Positions 18,113-26,619 of a stretch of 64,000 nt of DNA are shown here, piece after piece (the first letter of the stretch is position 1; each line of letters begins with the position of its first letter). Origin of the DNA: an uncultured Oscillospiraceae bacterium. Lineage in GTDB: Bacteria; Bacillota; Clostridia; Oscillospirales; Oscillospiraceae. A program made the translations under genes and the position numbers. The DNA lies in NCBI GenBank assembly GCA_910588455.1, contig CAJUPG010000001.1:1592-65591 (forward strand), in the 5' to 3' direction. The notes beneath the pieces were generated by a model. It saw only the letters and a program-made list of their open reading frames with translations. It ran no database searches and was not told the origin of the DNA.

Positions 18113-18981
18113 TCCAACAGGTGAGCTTCCCCGGCCTGGGCCTGGAATTCACTGCAAACCGAATTGCCTTTACAGTGCTTGGACGGCCTATCTACTGGTA
18201 CGGCATTATTATCGTATCCGGCCTGCTGCTGGCGGTGTATCTCTGCTCCAGGTGGGGCAAGCGTTTTTCCATTACAGAGGATCAGATTATCGACATGATG
18301 CTCTGGGCCGTCCCGGCGGCGTTGGTGGCCATCCGGGCCTACTATGTGATCTTCAATCTGAGCCTCTACCAAAACCCGGATGGTTCCCTGAACTGGGGGG
18401 CTGTACTGCGCTACAGCGACGGAGGGCTGGCAATCTACGGGGCGATTATCTCCTCGGTCATCGTCCTGCTGATTTTCTGCAAGAAGCGGAATATCCGTTT
18501 TCTGTCCTTTGCGGACCTGGGGGTTCATGGGCTGTTGATCGGCCAGCTCGTTGGCCGGTGGGGCAACTTCATGAACGTGGAGGCATACGGCGGTGTAACC
18601 GACCTGCCCTGGCGCATGAGCGCCCAATCCATTGCCGATGATCTGTGGGCCAAGGGGCTTTTGGAATCGAACCTGGCCTATGAATCTGTCGTGAATGGGA
18701 CGTTGGGGGTACATCCGACATTTTTATACGAATCCCTCTGGAACCTGGCGGGTTTAGTTATGGTTTACCGGCTGGGGAAGCACCGGAAATTTGAGGGGGA
18801 GTGCTTCCTGTTCTATCTCTTCTGGTACGGCCTGGGCCGGGCCTGGATCGAAGGGCTGCGGACTGACAGCCTGTATCTCTTTGACACCGGCATTCGGGTG
18901 TCTCAGCTGCTGTCTATCGTGTGCGCGGTGGCGGCGGGGAGCATTTTGCTCTGGAAATTGGTCAAAAAACAAAAAAAATGA
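18109..18981 (+). CDS. lgt: Prolipoprotein diacylglyceryl transferase
   Basis: IYWYG, GGLAIYG, GRWGNFMNVEAYG, HPTFLYES, IEGLRTD; GTG start overlaps ymfH stop. Confidence 0.95.
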   Translation: MIQQVSFPGLGLEFTANRIAFTVLGRPIYWYGIIIVSGLLLAVYLCSRWGKRFSITEDQIIDMMLWAVPAALVAIRAYYVIFNLSLYQNPDGSLNWGAVLRYSDGGLAIYGAIISSVIVLLIFCKKRNIRFLSFADLGVHGLLIGQLVGRWGNFMNVEAYGGVTDLPWRMSAQSIADDLWAKGLLESNLAYESVVNGTLGVHPTFLYESLWNLAGLVMVYRLGKHRKFEGECFLFYLFWYGLGRAWIEGLRTDSLYLFDTGIRVSQLLSIVCAVAAGSILLWKLVKKQKK

Positions 18982-18992
18982 GGTGATTTCCC

Positions 18993-19832
18993 ATGTCTGC
19001 AATCATTATGGACGGAAAGGCTTTGGCGGAGAAGGTCAAGGACCAGGTCCGCGCCCAGGCGGAGGGACTAGCCCGCACGCCCGGGCTGGCGGTGATCCTG
19101 GTAGGGGACAACCCCGCCTCCCGGGTCTACGTCAACGGAAAGAAAAAGGACTGCGCCCAGTGCGGCTTTTACAGCGAGGAGTACGCCTTACCGGTGGAGA
19201 CCACCCAGCAGGAGCTGCTGGGACTGATTGAAACCCTGAACAGCCGGGAGGATATTGACGGCATTCTGCTCCAGCTCCCGGTGCCGGCGCATTTGGACGA
19301 ACAGGCATTGCTGCACGCCATCCGGCCCGACAAGGATGTGGACTGCTTCCACCCCTATAACGTGGGACAGCTGATGATCGGAGAGAAGGGATTCCAGCCC
19401 TGCACCCCGGCGGGGGTCATGCGGATGCTCCGGGAATACGGCATTGACCCCGCCGGAAAGCGCTGCGTAGTGATCGGGCGGTCCAATATCGTCGGAAAGC
19501 CCCAGGCCCTGCTGATGCTGCGGGAAAACGCAACGGTGACCATCTGTCACAGCAGGACCCAGGGCTTGAAGGAGGAGTGCCTCCGGGCAGATATTCTGGT
19601 GGCCGCCGCCGGAAAAGCCGGCCTGGTCACCGGGGATATGATAAAACCCGGTGCGGTGGTCATTGACGTTGCCATGAACCGCAATGCGGAAGGAAAACTG
19701 TGTGGCGACGTAGACTTCGCCGCCGTGCAGGAAACTGCCGGGTATATCACCCCCGTCCCTGGGGGAGTGGGGCCCATGACCCGAGCAATGCTGATGGAAA
19801 ATACCCTGTTAGCCGCCCGTATGCACGGTTAA
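18993..19832 (+). CDS. folD: Methylenetetrahydrofolate dehydrogenase/cyclohydrolase
   Basis: [33 protein letters not shown]. Confidence 0.97.
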   Translation: MSAIIMDGKALAEKVKDQVRAQAEGLARTPGLAVILVGDNPASRVYVNGKKKDCAQCGFYSEEYALPVETTQQELLGLIETLNSREDIDGILLQLPVPAHLDEQALLHAIRPDKDVDCFHPYNVGQLMIGEKGFQPCTPAGVMRMLREYGIDPAGKRCVVIGRSNIVGKPQALLMLRENATVTICHSRTQGLKEECLRADILVAAAGKAGLVTGDMIKPGAVVIDVAMNRNAEGKLCGDVDFAAVQETAGYITPVPGGVGPMTRAMLMENTLLAARMHG

Positions 19833-22412
19833 TTCCCCTTCCTGCACATCTACGGCCAGAACAGCCCCCGGCTCCACCCGCCCGGCAATAATTTGCTTGC
19901 TGATGAGGGTCTCCACCGTGTGCTGGAGATACCGGCGCAGAGGCCGTGCGCCAAAGGAAGGGTCATAGGCCTTGTCCAGTACAAATTCCTTGGCGGACTG
20001 GCTCAGGGAGACGGTAAGCCGCTTATCCCGCAGCCGCCCGTTTAAATCGTTCACCATCAAATCCACAATATGGGATACGTTTTCCTTGGTGAGAGGCTTG
20101 TAGAACACAATTTCGTCCAGCCGGTTCAAAAATTCCGGCCGGAAGGACCGCTTTAAGAGCTGGTCCACCTGCCCCCGGGCTTCCTGGGAAATCTCTCCCG
20201 CTTCATCAATGCCGTCCAGAAGATACTGACTGCCCAGGTTGGAGGTCAGGATCAGGACGGTATTTTTAAAGTCCACGGTCCGGCCCTGGCTGTCGGTAAT
20301 CCGCCCGTCGTCCAGGACCTGGAGCAGAATATTGAACACGTCCGGATGGGCTTTTTCCACCTCGTCGAAGAGAATGACGGAGTAGGGCTTCCGCCGGACC
20401 GCCTCGGTGAGCTGTCCGCCCTCCTCGTAGCCCACATAGCCGGGAGGGGCCCCAATGAGCCGGGAGACGGAGAATTTTTCCATATACTCGCTCATGTCGA
20501 TGCGGACCATATTTTTTTCACTGTCAAACAGGGCTTCGGCCAAGGTTTTGGCCAGCTCGGTCTTGCCCACACCGGTGGGTCCCAGGAAGAGGAAGGAGCC
20601 GATGGGCTTTTTCGGGTCGGCAATGCCGGCGCGGCTTCTCAAAATGGCCTCGGAGACCAGCCGGACTGCCTCGTTCTGGCCCACCACCCGCCGGTGCAGA
20701 ATATCCTCCAGGTGCAGCAGCTTTTCCCGCTCCCCCTCCACCAGCTTGGCGACGGGGATGCCCGTCCACCGCTCCACGATGCGGGCGATCTCCTCCTGGG
20801 TGACTTTGTCCCGCAGCAGGGACTGGGCCCGGCTCTCGCCGGCAATTTCCTCCTCGGCCTCCAGGGCCTTTTTCAGCTCCGGAATCACGCCGTATTGCAG
20901 CTGGGCGGCTTGTTCCAGGTCGTACTCCCGCTGGGCCTGCTCCAGCCGGGCGTTGGCCTGTTCCAGCTCCTCCCGGAGCTTCTGCACCTTGCCGATGGCG
21001 TTTTTCTCATTGTCCCACTGGGCCTTCATGGCCCGGAACTCCTCCCGCAGCTCGGCCAGCTCCTTTTGAATTTCAGACAGGTGCTCCTGGGCCAGGGGGT
21101 CGGTCTCTTTTTTCAGGGCCGCTTCCTCAATTTCGTGCTGAATGACCTTACGCTGGATGGTATCCAGTTCCGTGGGCATGGAGTCGATCTCCGTGCGGAT
21201 GAGGGCACAGGCCTCGTCCACCAGGTCGATGGCCTTGTCGGGCAGGAAGCGGTCAGTGATATAGCGGTTGGACAGGGTGGCAGCGGCGATAATTGCCCCG
21301 TCGGTGATTTTTACCCCGTGGTAGACCTCGTAGCGCTCCTTCAATCCGCGCAGAATTGCGATGGCGTCCTCCACGGTAGGCTCGCTGACCAGTACCGGCT
21401 GGAACCGCCGCTCCAGGGCGGCGTCCTTTTCGATATACTGCCGGTACTCGTTCAGGGTGGTTGCCCCGATGCAGTGCAGCTCCCCCCGGGCCAGCATGGG
21501 CTTGAGCAGGTTGCCTGCATCCATGCTGCCCTCGGTCTTGCCCGCGCCCACGATGGTGTGCAGCTCGTCGATGAAGAGGATGATTTTCCCCTCGCTCTTG
21601 CGGACTTCATTCAAAACTGCCTTCAAGCGCTCCTCAAATTCGCCCCGGTACTTGGCCCCGGCGATGAGGGCCCCCATGTCCAGGGCGAAAATGGTCTTGT
21701 CCTGGAGGGAACCGGGCACGTCGCCGCTGACGATCCGCTGGGCCAGGCCCTCGGCGATGGCGGTTTTGCCCACGCCGGGCTCGCCAATCAGCACCGGATT
21801 ATTTTTACTCTTCCGGGACAAAATGCGAATGACATTCCGGATTTCTTCGTCCCGGCCGATGACCGGGTCCAGCTTGCTGTCCCGGGCCCGCCGGACCAGA
21901 TCCGTGCCGTATTTGTTCAGAGCGTCGTAGGTTTCCTCCGGATTGTCGGTAGTGACCCGCTGGCTGCCACGAACGGCGGCCAGCCCCTGCAAAACCTTTT
22001 CCCGGGTAATCTGATAGGTGCGCAGCAGCTCGGCCATCGGTCTGCTGGCCGCGTCCAGCAGGCCCAAAAACAGGTGCTCCACCGAGATGTATTCGTCCTT
22101 CATGGCCTGGGCGGCGGACTGAGCCTTTTGCAGCGCCCTGTCCACATCCTGGGACACATACACCTTGTCCATCTCCCGGCCCCCGCCGGACACACGTGGC
22201 AGCTTGTCTGCCTCGGCGCGGACGGCGGCCTGGAGACTGGGCAGGGTGACCCCGAGCTGGGTGAGCAGCTGGGGCACCAGGCCCTGGGGATCGGACAAAA
22301 GGGCCAGCAGCAGGTGGGGCTGTTCAATCTGCTGATTGCCGCGCTCCAGGGCCAGATCCTGGGCGGCTTGAATGGCCGCCAGGGATTTTTGGGTGAATTG
22401 ATTCATATTCAT
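19809..22412 (-). CDS. clpB: ATP-dependent chaperone ClpB
   Basis: Two AAA+ modules ([16 protein letters not shown]), long coiled-coil M domain, no IGF/LGF loop; 867 aa. Confidence 0.96.
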   Translation of the reverse strand: MNMNQFTQKSLAAIQAAQDLALERGNQQIEQPHLLLALLSDPQGLVPQLLTQLGVTLPSLQAAVRAEADKLPRVSGGGREMDKVYVSQDVDRALQKAQSAAQAMKDEYISVEHLFLGLLDAASRPMAELLRTYQITREKVLQGLAAVRGSQRVTTDNPEETYDALNKYGTDLVRRARDSKLDPVIGRDEEIRNVIRILSRKSKNNPVLIGEPGVGKTAIAEGLAQRIVSGDVPGSLQDKTIFALDMGALIAGAKYRGEFEERLKAVLNEVRKSEGKIILFIDELHTIVGAGKTEGSMDAGNLLKPMLARGELHCIGATTLNEYRQYIEKDAALERRFQPVLVSEPTVEDAIAILRGLKERYEVYHGVKITDGAIIAAATLSNRYITDRFLPDKAIDLVDEACALIRTEIDSMPTELDTIQRKVIQHEIEEAALKKETDPLAQEHLSEIQKELAELREEFRAMKAQWDNEKNAIGKVQKLREELEQANARLEQAQREYDLEQAAQLQYGVIPELKKALEAEEEIAGESRAQSLLRDKVTQEEIARIVERWTGIPVAKLVEGEREKLLHLEDILHRRVVGQNEAVRLVSEAILRSRAGIADPKKPIGSFLFLGPTGVGKTELAKTLAEALFDSEKNMVRIDMSEYMEKFSVSRLIGAPPGYVGYEEGGQLTEAVRRKPYSVILFDEVEKAHPDVFNILLQVLDDGRITDSQGRTVDFKNTVLILTSNLGSQYLLDGIDEAGEISQEARGQVDQLLKRSFRPEFLNRLDEIVFYKPLTKENVSHIVDLMVNDLNGRLRDKRLTVSLSQSAKEFVLDKAYDPSFGARPLRRYLQHTVETLISKQIIAGRVEPGAVLAVDVQEGELTVHTGG

Positions 22413-22424
22413 AAGTTGATCTCC

Positions 22425-22451
22425 TTAGCAATTAAAGTAAAAGAGTGCTAA
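22425..22451. promoter_or_regulatory. CIRCE element (HrcA operator) abutting clpB RBS
   Basis: TTAGCAATT-N9-GAGTGCTAA; 2 mismatches to TTAGCACTC-N9-GAGTGCTAA. Confidence 0.85.
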
Positions 22452-22456
22452 ATCCG

Positions 22457-22484
22457 AAAAGGGGCGGACCGAAGGCCCGCCCCT
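22457..22484 (-). terminator. Intrinsic terminator between hsp20 and clpB
   Basis: GGGGCGGGCC-TTC-GGTCCGCCCC-TTTT on minus strand. Confidence 0.7.
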
Positions 22485-22495
22485 GATGTTTGGGT

Positions 22496-22924
22496 TCAGC
22501 TGATGGCGATTTTCCGGCTCTGGGGCAGCACCTCCTGCCGTTTGGGCAGGGTGAGCTCCAGTACGCCGTTTTGGTAAGAGGCGCAGATCTGATCCTCCTG
22601 GATGCCCTCCAGATTGAAGGAGCGCTGGAAGCTGCCGTACCGGCGCTCACGGCAGATGTAGTTGTCCTTTTTCTGCTCCTCAGACTGCTCATGAGTGGCA
22701 GAAATGGTCAAAATGCCGTCTTTTACATCCAAATCAATGTCCTCTTTGGAGAAACCGGGCAGCTCAGCCTGGAGCAGATAGTGGGCGCCCTCATCCCGGA
22801 TATCGGTGGAGAAGGCAGGGGTGCGCCGGCCGTTTTCGCCGAAAACGCTGCGCTCAAACTCATCGAACAGGTCCATCAGGCTGGAGCTGCTGCGGCGGGA
22901 AGTGGTGTAAGGGATCATATACAT
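22496..22924 (-). CDS. Small heat-shock protein (Hsp20/alpha-crystallin)
   Basis: AELPGFSKEDI, RERRYGSFQRSF, ASYQNGVLELTLPK. Confidence 0.95.
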   Translation of the reverse strand: MYMIPYTTSRRSSSSLMDLFDEFERSVFGENGRRTPAFSTDIRDEGAHYLLQAELPGFSKEDIDLDVKDGILTISATHEQSEEQKKDNYICRERRYGSFQRSFNLEGIQEDQICASYQNGVLELTLPKRQEVLPQSRKIAIS

Positions 22925-23034
22925 AAGTCAAAACTCCTTTCGGTTCCGCTTGTGCGGAGCTCTCTTAAATTTGACTTTAGTATACTGCCCAATTATGAAG
23001 AAATCATGAACACACCATAGATAATATGTTAATT

Positions 23035-23061
23035 TTAGCACTCTTAATTTGAGAGTGCTAA
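23035..23061. promoter_or_regulatory. CIRCE element upstream of hsp20
   Basis: Perfect TTAGCACTC-TTAATTTGA-GAGTGCTAA. Confidence 0.95.
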
Positions 23062-23086
23062 AATATGCCGGTTTTCCAGGTACCAT

Positions 23087-23115
23087 TTTGTAAAAATGAA
23101 AAAAGGTATTGTCAA
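23087..23115 (-). promoter_or_regulatory. Probable SigA promoter of hsp20
   Basis: TTGACA-17-TACAAA, 25 bp upstream of the CIRCE. Confidence 0.55.
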
Positions 23116-23137
23116 TGGAGTCCAAAACGTGTATAAT
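23109..23137 (+). promoter_or_regulatory. SigA promoter of TetR gene
   Basis: TTGTCA-17-TATAAT. Confidence 0.75.
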
Positions 23138-23174
23138 AAACCATAGCATACAGTTTCAGGAAGGAGGGATCGCT

Positions 23175-23783
23175 CTGGATGACACCAAAACCCGCATTAT
23201 CTATGCAGCCATGAAAGCCGTGCGGCAATATGGTCTGGAAGGTGTACGGATCCAGAATGTCAGCGAATTGGCCGGAATGTCTCCCGGGGCTCTGTACCGC
23301 TACTTTGACAGTAAAGATCAGCTGATTATTGAGTGCTTCACCTATGTGGACAAGCAGGCCGCGGTCATCTTTGAGCACCTGAAGTTTGATCCCCAAAATA
23401 TGCTGGACGACCCGATGGGAACGGTAAAAAGCCTGTGGCTGCCCTACTTCCGGTTCTGGCTTTCCCATCCGGATGAGACCATCTTTTACCACCGGTTTCG
23501 GGACAGCGCGTTCTTTCCCAAATACGACAAGAACCGGGATGCAGACTATTTTTCTTCATTTGTGGAAATGGTACGGGCTTTTCGGCATTCATTTCCTTGC
23601 CTGAAGCAGATGAATCAGGATTTATTGTGGCTTCATGTGCTCACCTCCACCGTTATGTACGCCAAATATGTGGTGGAAGGGACCCTTCCCAACAATCAGG
23701 AGACAGAGGAGACCATTTTTCAACTTCTGGCCACCGGTCTGAGCGGGTATCTGATGCGGGAGCTTCCGGAACAAGGGCAATAA
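23175..23783 (+). CDS. TetR/AcrR-family regulator (probable CTG start)
   Basis: TKTRIIYAA...GVRIQNVSELAGMSPGALYRYFDSKDQL HTH; AAGGAGG 7 nt before CTG at 23175. Confidence 0.88.
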   Translation: MDDTKTRIIYAAMKAVRQYGLEGVRIQNVSELAGMSPGALYRYFDSKDQLIIECFTYVDKQAAVIFEHLKFDPQNMLDDPMGTVKSLWLPYFRFWLSHPDETIFYHRFRDSAFFPKYDKNRDADYFSSFVEMVRAFRHSFPCLKQMNQDLLWLHVLTSTVMYAKYVVEGTLPNNQETEETIFQLLATGLSGYLMRELPEQGQ

Positions 23784-23814
23784 AAAACGTACCGCTGAAG
23801 AGCGGTTCGTTTTT
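23783..23814 (+). terminator. Intrinsic terminator after TetR gene
   Basis: AAAAACGtACCGCT-GAAG-AGCGGTtCGTTTTT. Confidence 0.65.
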
Positions 23815-23938
23815 GATGCAGGATAAGTAAATATTTATTTGTCCTAACGTTGGAATCGCCCCATTTTGAGGCGCTTTTTTAATTTTATGAGAATTTATAT
23901 AAATAAATGTCTATTTAAATCGGGCGGTAGGGGACATA

Positions 23939-24013
23939 ATGCTGTATGACGCAAAGTCCAGCCGGAACCGGGTGATCTGGGCGGATGAAAAAATGCAGCG
24001 GCTATGGAAATAG
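23939..24013 (+). CDS. Candidate 24-aa small ORF (MLYDAKSSRNRVIWADEKMQRLWK)
   Basis: AGGGGA upstream of ATG; stop directly followed by a 17-bp stem hairpin. Confidence 0.3.
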   Translation: MLYDAKSSRNRVIWADEKMQRLWK

Positions 24014-24014
24014 A

Positions 24015-24056
24015 AGCAACCTGACCGGAGCGGGGCTGCGCTCCGGTCAGGTTGTT
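24015..24056. terminator. Strong hairpin, probable terminator for cobB and/or the sORF
   Basis: GCAACCTGACCGGAGCG-GGGCTG-CGCTCCGGTCAGGTTGT. Confidence 0.7.
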
Positions 24057-24065
24057 CAACACTGG

Positions 24066-24797
24066 TCAGGATTTGGCGGACAATCCCCCTAAAATTTCAC
24101 CGATCAGCCCGTGAATTACCAGTTCCGCCTCCTGATCATAGGGGGTGGAGCTTTTATTGATGAGCGCTAACCGCCGGCCGGGGAAGTAGCGAATGAGCCC
24201 CGCGGCGGGGTATACCGCCAGAGAGGTGCCGCCCACAAGCAGCAGATCCGCATTTTGGATGTCGTTTACCGCCCCCTGAAGCACATGGCTGTCTAAAGAC
24301 TCCTCATAGAGTACCACGTCGGGCTTGATGATTCCGCCGCAGGTGCACCGGGGAACCGGGTCTTTGCTGTCCAGAATGTACTGGGCGGAGTAGGGGGCAC
24401 GGCATTTCATACAGTAATTGCGCAGTACGCTGCCGTGGAGCTCCCACACCCGGCGGCTCCCCGCCGCCTGATGCAGTCCGTCGATATTCTGGGTAACCAC
24501 ACTGAGCAGACGGCCCTCCTGCTCCCAACGGGCCAGCGTTTGATGGGCGGCGTTGGGCTTTGCGTCCAGGCAGAGCATCTTGGCCCGGTAGAATTTATAA
24601 AATTTTTCCGGAGAGGCGTCAAAATAGGTACGGCTGAGAATCGTCTCCGGGGGATCGTCGTACTGCTGGTGGTACAGGCCATCCACGCTGCGAAAGTCCG
24701 GAATGCCGCTCTCCGTGGAGACCCCGGCCCCGCCGAAAAAGACGATGCTTTGGCTTTCGTCCACCCATTCCTTTAGAATTTTCAATTTTTGGTCCAT
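24066..24797 (-). CDS. cobB: NAD-dependent protein deacylase (sirtuin)
   Basis: GAGVSTESGIPDFR, TQNIDGLH, HGS, Zn-binding cysteines, GTSLAVYPAA. Confidence 0.95.
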   Translation of the reverse strand: MDQKLKILKEWVDESQSIVFFGGAGVSTESGIPDFRSVDGLYHQQYDDPPETILSRTYFDASPEKFYKFYRAKMLCLDAKPNAAHQTLARWEQEGRLLSVVTQNIDGLHQAAGSRRVWELHGSVLRNYCMKCRAPYSAQYILDSKDPVPRCTCGGIIKPDVVLYEESLDSHVLQGAVNDIQNADLLLVGGTSLAVYPAAGLIRYFPGRRLALINKSSTPYDQEAELVIHGLIGEILGGLSAKS

Positions 24798-24811
24798 ATG
24801 ACCCTCCCAAT

Positions 24812-26245
24812 TTACCGGCGGTATGTACGGGTAATCTCCCGCATTTTACCTGTCACGTAGGGGTTCAGGGCTTCTTCCCGGACCCGCCAGCTCCAGTTGT
24901 GATCTCCCATGGTGCCGGGGGTGTTCATCCGGGCGTCCGCACCCAGCCCCAGTACGTCCTGCATGGGGGCGATGGCCAGCCGGCTGCCGGCGGACCAGGC
25001 TCCGGCAATCACACCCCAGCCCAGGCCCTCGTCTTCCCGCAGGCGTAAGTACCGCCGGGCATATTCCCCCTGTTCCCGGTCGGTCTCGTTGAGGAACTGC
25101 ACAAAGGTGGGGGTGTCGTGGGTGCCGGTGTAGATCACCGAGTCCCGCTGGCAGTTGTGGGGCAGGTAGGCGCTCTCGCCCACAGGATCAAAGGCGAATA
25201 CCATCACCTTCATGCCGGGAATGCCGCAGTTGCGCACAAAATGCAGCGCCTCCATGTCCAGATCGCCCAAATCCTCGGCAATCAGCTCCAGGCCGGGTGC
25301 GGCGCGCTGGATGCGGCAGAGCAGGTCCATGCCGGGTCCGGGCATCCACTTGCCCTCCTTGGCGCTGGCGGCCCCGGCGGGGACAGACCAATAGCTATGG
25401 AAGGCCCGGAAATGGTCGATGCGTACCATGTCGTACAGCCGCTCGCACCAGACCATCCGCTCCTCCCAGAACGCGAATACCTCCCGCTTGTGGCCGTCCC
25501 AGTCGTACAGAGGATTGCCCCACAGCTGGCCCTGATCGGTGAAGGCGTCTGGAGGAACGCCCGCCACATTGGCCAGATGGCCGTCCTTGTCCAGCTGGAA
25601 CAGGTTGGGCCGCTTCCACCGCTCCACGCTGTCTGGGGAGAGGTAGATCGGCACGTCGCCCATGATGCGCACCATGCGCTGGTTGGCGTAGGCCCGCAGC
25701 TCAAACCACTGCCGATAGAAGGTATTTTGCAGAAATTCCTGGAATTCCACTTCCTCCGGGTCCGGCTGGGCGTCCGCGGGCCACTCCCAGTAGGGGACCT
25801 GATATTTGACCCGGAGAGCGGCGAACTGGGCGTAATCCCCCAGCCAGGGCAGATCCGGGTCCTCCTGGGGACACAGGCTCTGCCGGCTGCGCTGGAACGC
25901 CAGTCGAAGCAGAGGCATCCGGGTTTTGGCCAGGTGCCCGTAGTCCACCCGGTCTGGATTTTCATAGCGCTGGCCGTCCAGTTCGTGGGGGGCGAGAAGG
26001 CCCTCCGCGGCCAGTTCGTCCAGGTCGATGAACAGGGGATTGCCGGCGAAAGCGGAAGGGGACATATAGGGAGAGGAGCCCTCTCCCGGGGGGACCAGGG
26101 GAAGAACCTGCCAGATGTGCTGGCCGGCCTCAACGAGAAAATCGACGAACTGCCGGGCGGGGCGGCCCAGAGAACCGATGCCGTAGGGACCGGGCAGAGA
26201 GGAAACGGCCAGCAGAATCCCGCTGGAGCGGTAATCGTGATTCAT
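24812..26245 (-). CDS. malQ: 4-alpha-glucanotransferase (GH77)
   Basis: WQVLPL, SPYMSPSAFAGNP, GQLWGNPLY, RIDHFR, IAEDLG, YTGTHD; start at MNHDYR (AGGAGG upstream). Confidence 0.95.
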   Translation of the reverse strand: MNHDYRSSGILLAVSSLPGPYGIGSLGRPARQFVDFLVEAGQHIWQVLPLVPPGEGSSPYMSPSAFAGNPLFIDLDELAAEGLLAPHELDGQRYENPDRVDYGHLAKTRMPLLRLAFQRSRQSLCPQEDPDLPWLGDYAQFAALRVKYQVPYWEWPADAQPDPEEVEFQEFLQNTFYRQWFELRAYANQRMVRIMGDVPIYLSPDSVERWKRPNLFQLDKDGHLANVAGVPPDAFTDQGQLWGNPLYDWDGHKREVFAFWEERMVWCERLYDMVRIDHFRAFHSYWSVPAGAASAKEGKWMPGPGMDLLCRIQRAAPGLELIAEDLGDLDMEALHFVRNCGIPGMKVMVFAFDPVGESAYLPHNCQRDSVIYTGTHDTPTFVQFLNETDREQGEYARRYLRLREDEGLGWGVIAGAWSAGSRLAIAPMQDVLGLGADARMNTPGTMGDHNWSWRVREEALNPYVTGKMREITRTYRR

Positions 26246-26285
26246 AGGAAATTCCTCCTGTTGGAAAATTTTCGGGGGGTGTGTC

Positions 26286-26317
26286 AAAAAACAAGCGCCG
26301 GCAAACCGCCGGCGCTT
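26286..26317 (-). terminator. Terminator after ferredoxin gene
   Basis: AAGCGCCGGC-5nt-GCCGGCGCTT then GTTTTTT on minus strand. Confidence 0.7.
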
Positions 26318-26331
26318 TGTTTGGATGTACC

Positions 26332-26502
26332 TCAGCCCTGGGAAATGGCGCCCATGGGGCAAGAATCGGCGCAGGAACCACAGTCCAGGCAAGCGCCGCC
26401 GTCGATCTGGTACTGGGAATCCCCCTGAGAGATCGCGCCCACGGGGCAGGCATCGGCGCAGGAGCCGCAGCTCACGCACGCGTCACTGATAACATAGGCC
26501 AT
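26332..26502 (-). CDS. fdx: Clostridial-type 2[4Fe-4S] ferredoxin (56 aa)
   Basis: CVSCGSCADACP and CLDCGSCADSCP; GGAGGT RBS. Confidence 0.95.
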   Translation of the reverse strand: MAYVISDACVSCGSCADACPVGAISQGDSQYQIDGGACLDCGSCADSCPMGAISQG

Positions 26503-26619
26503 TGGAATACACCTCCCTTTAAATCTGTCCTCCATTTTACCACAGATTCAAAAAAAATCAATGCTAAATTTTCGGAAAAACGGGCATAGTGAAAGAAATG
26601 TTTTGACGAGGTGATGCAT

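Noticed and set aside
22970..22986. CtsR box upstream of hsp20
   Set aside because: Only one good heptad (AGTCAAA); the partner at 3-bp spacing matches 4/7.
23946..23990. GACGCAAAGT resembling part of a c-di-GMP-I riboswitch
   Set aside because: The upstream GGCAAA/GNRA stem and the downstream tetraloop-receptor stem are not present.
26246..26479. N-terminal extension of malQ in the ORF track (555 aa)
   Set aside because: It overlaps the ferredoxin gene in another frame and crosses a terminator; a good RBS exists at 26245.
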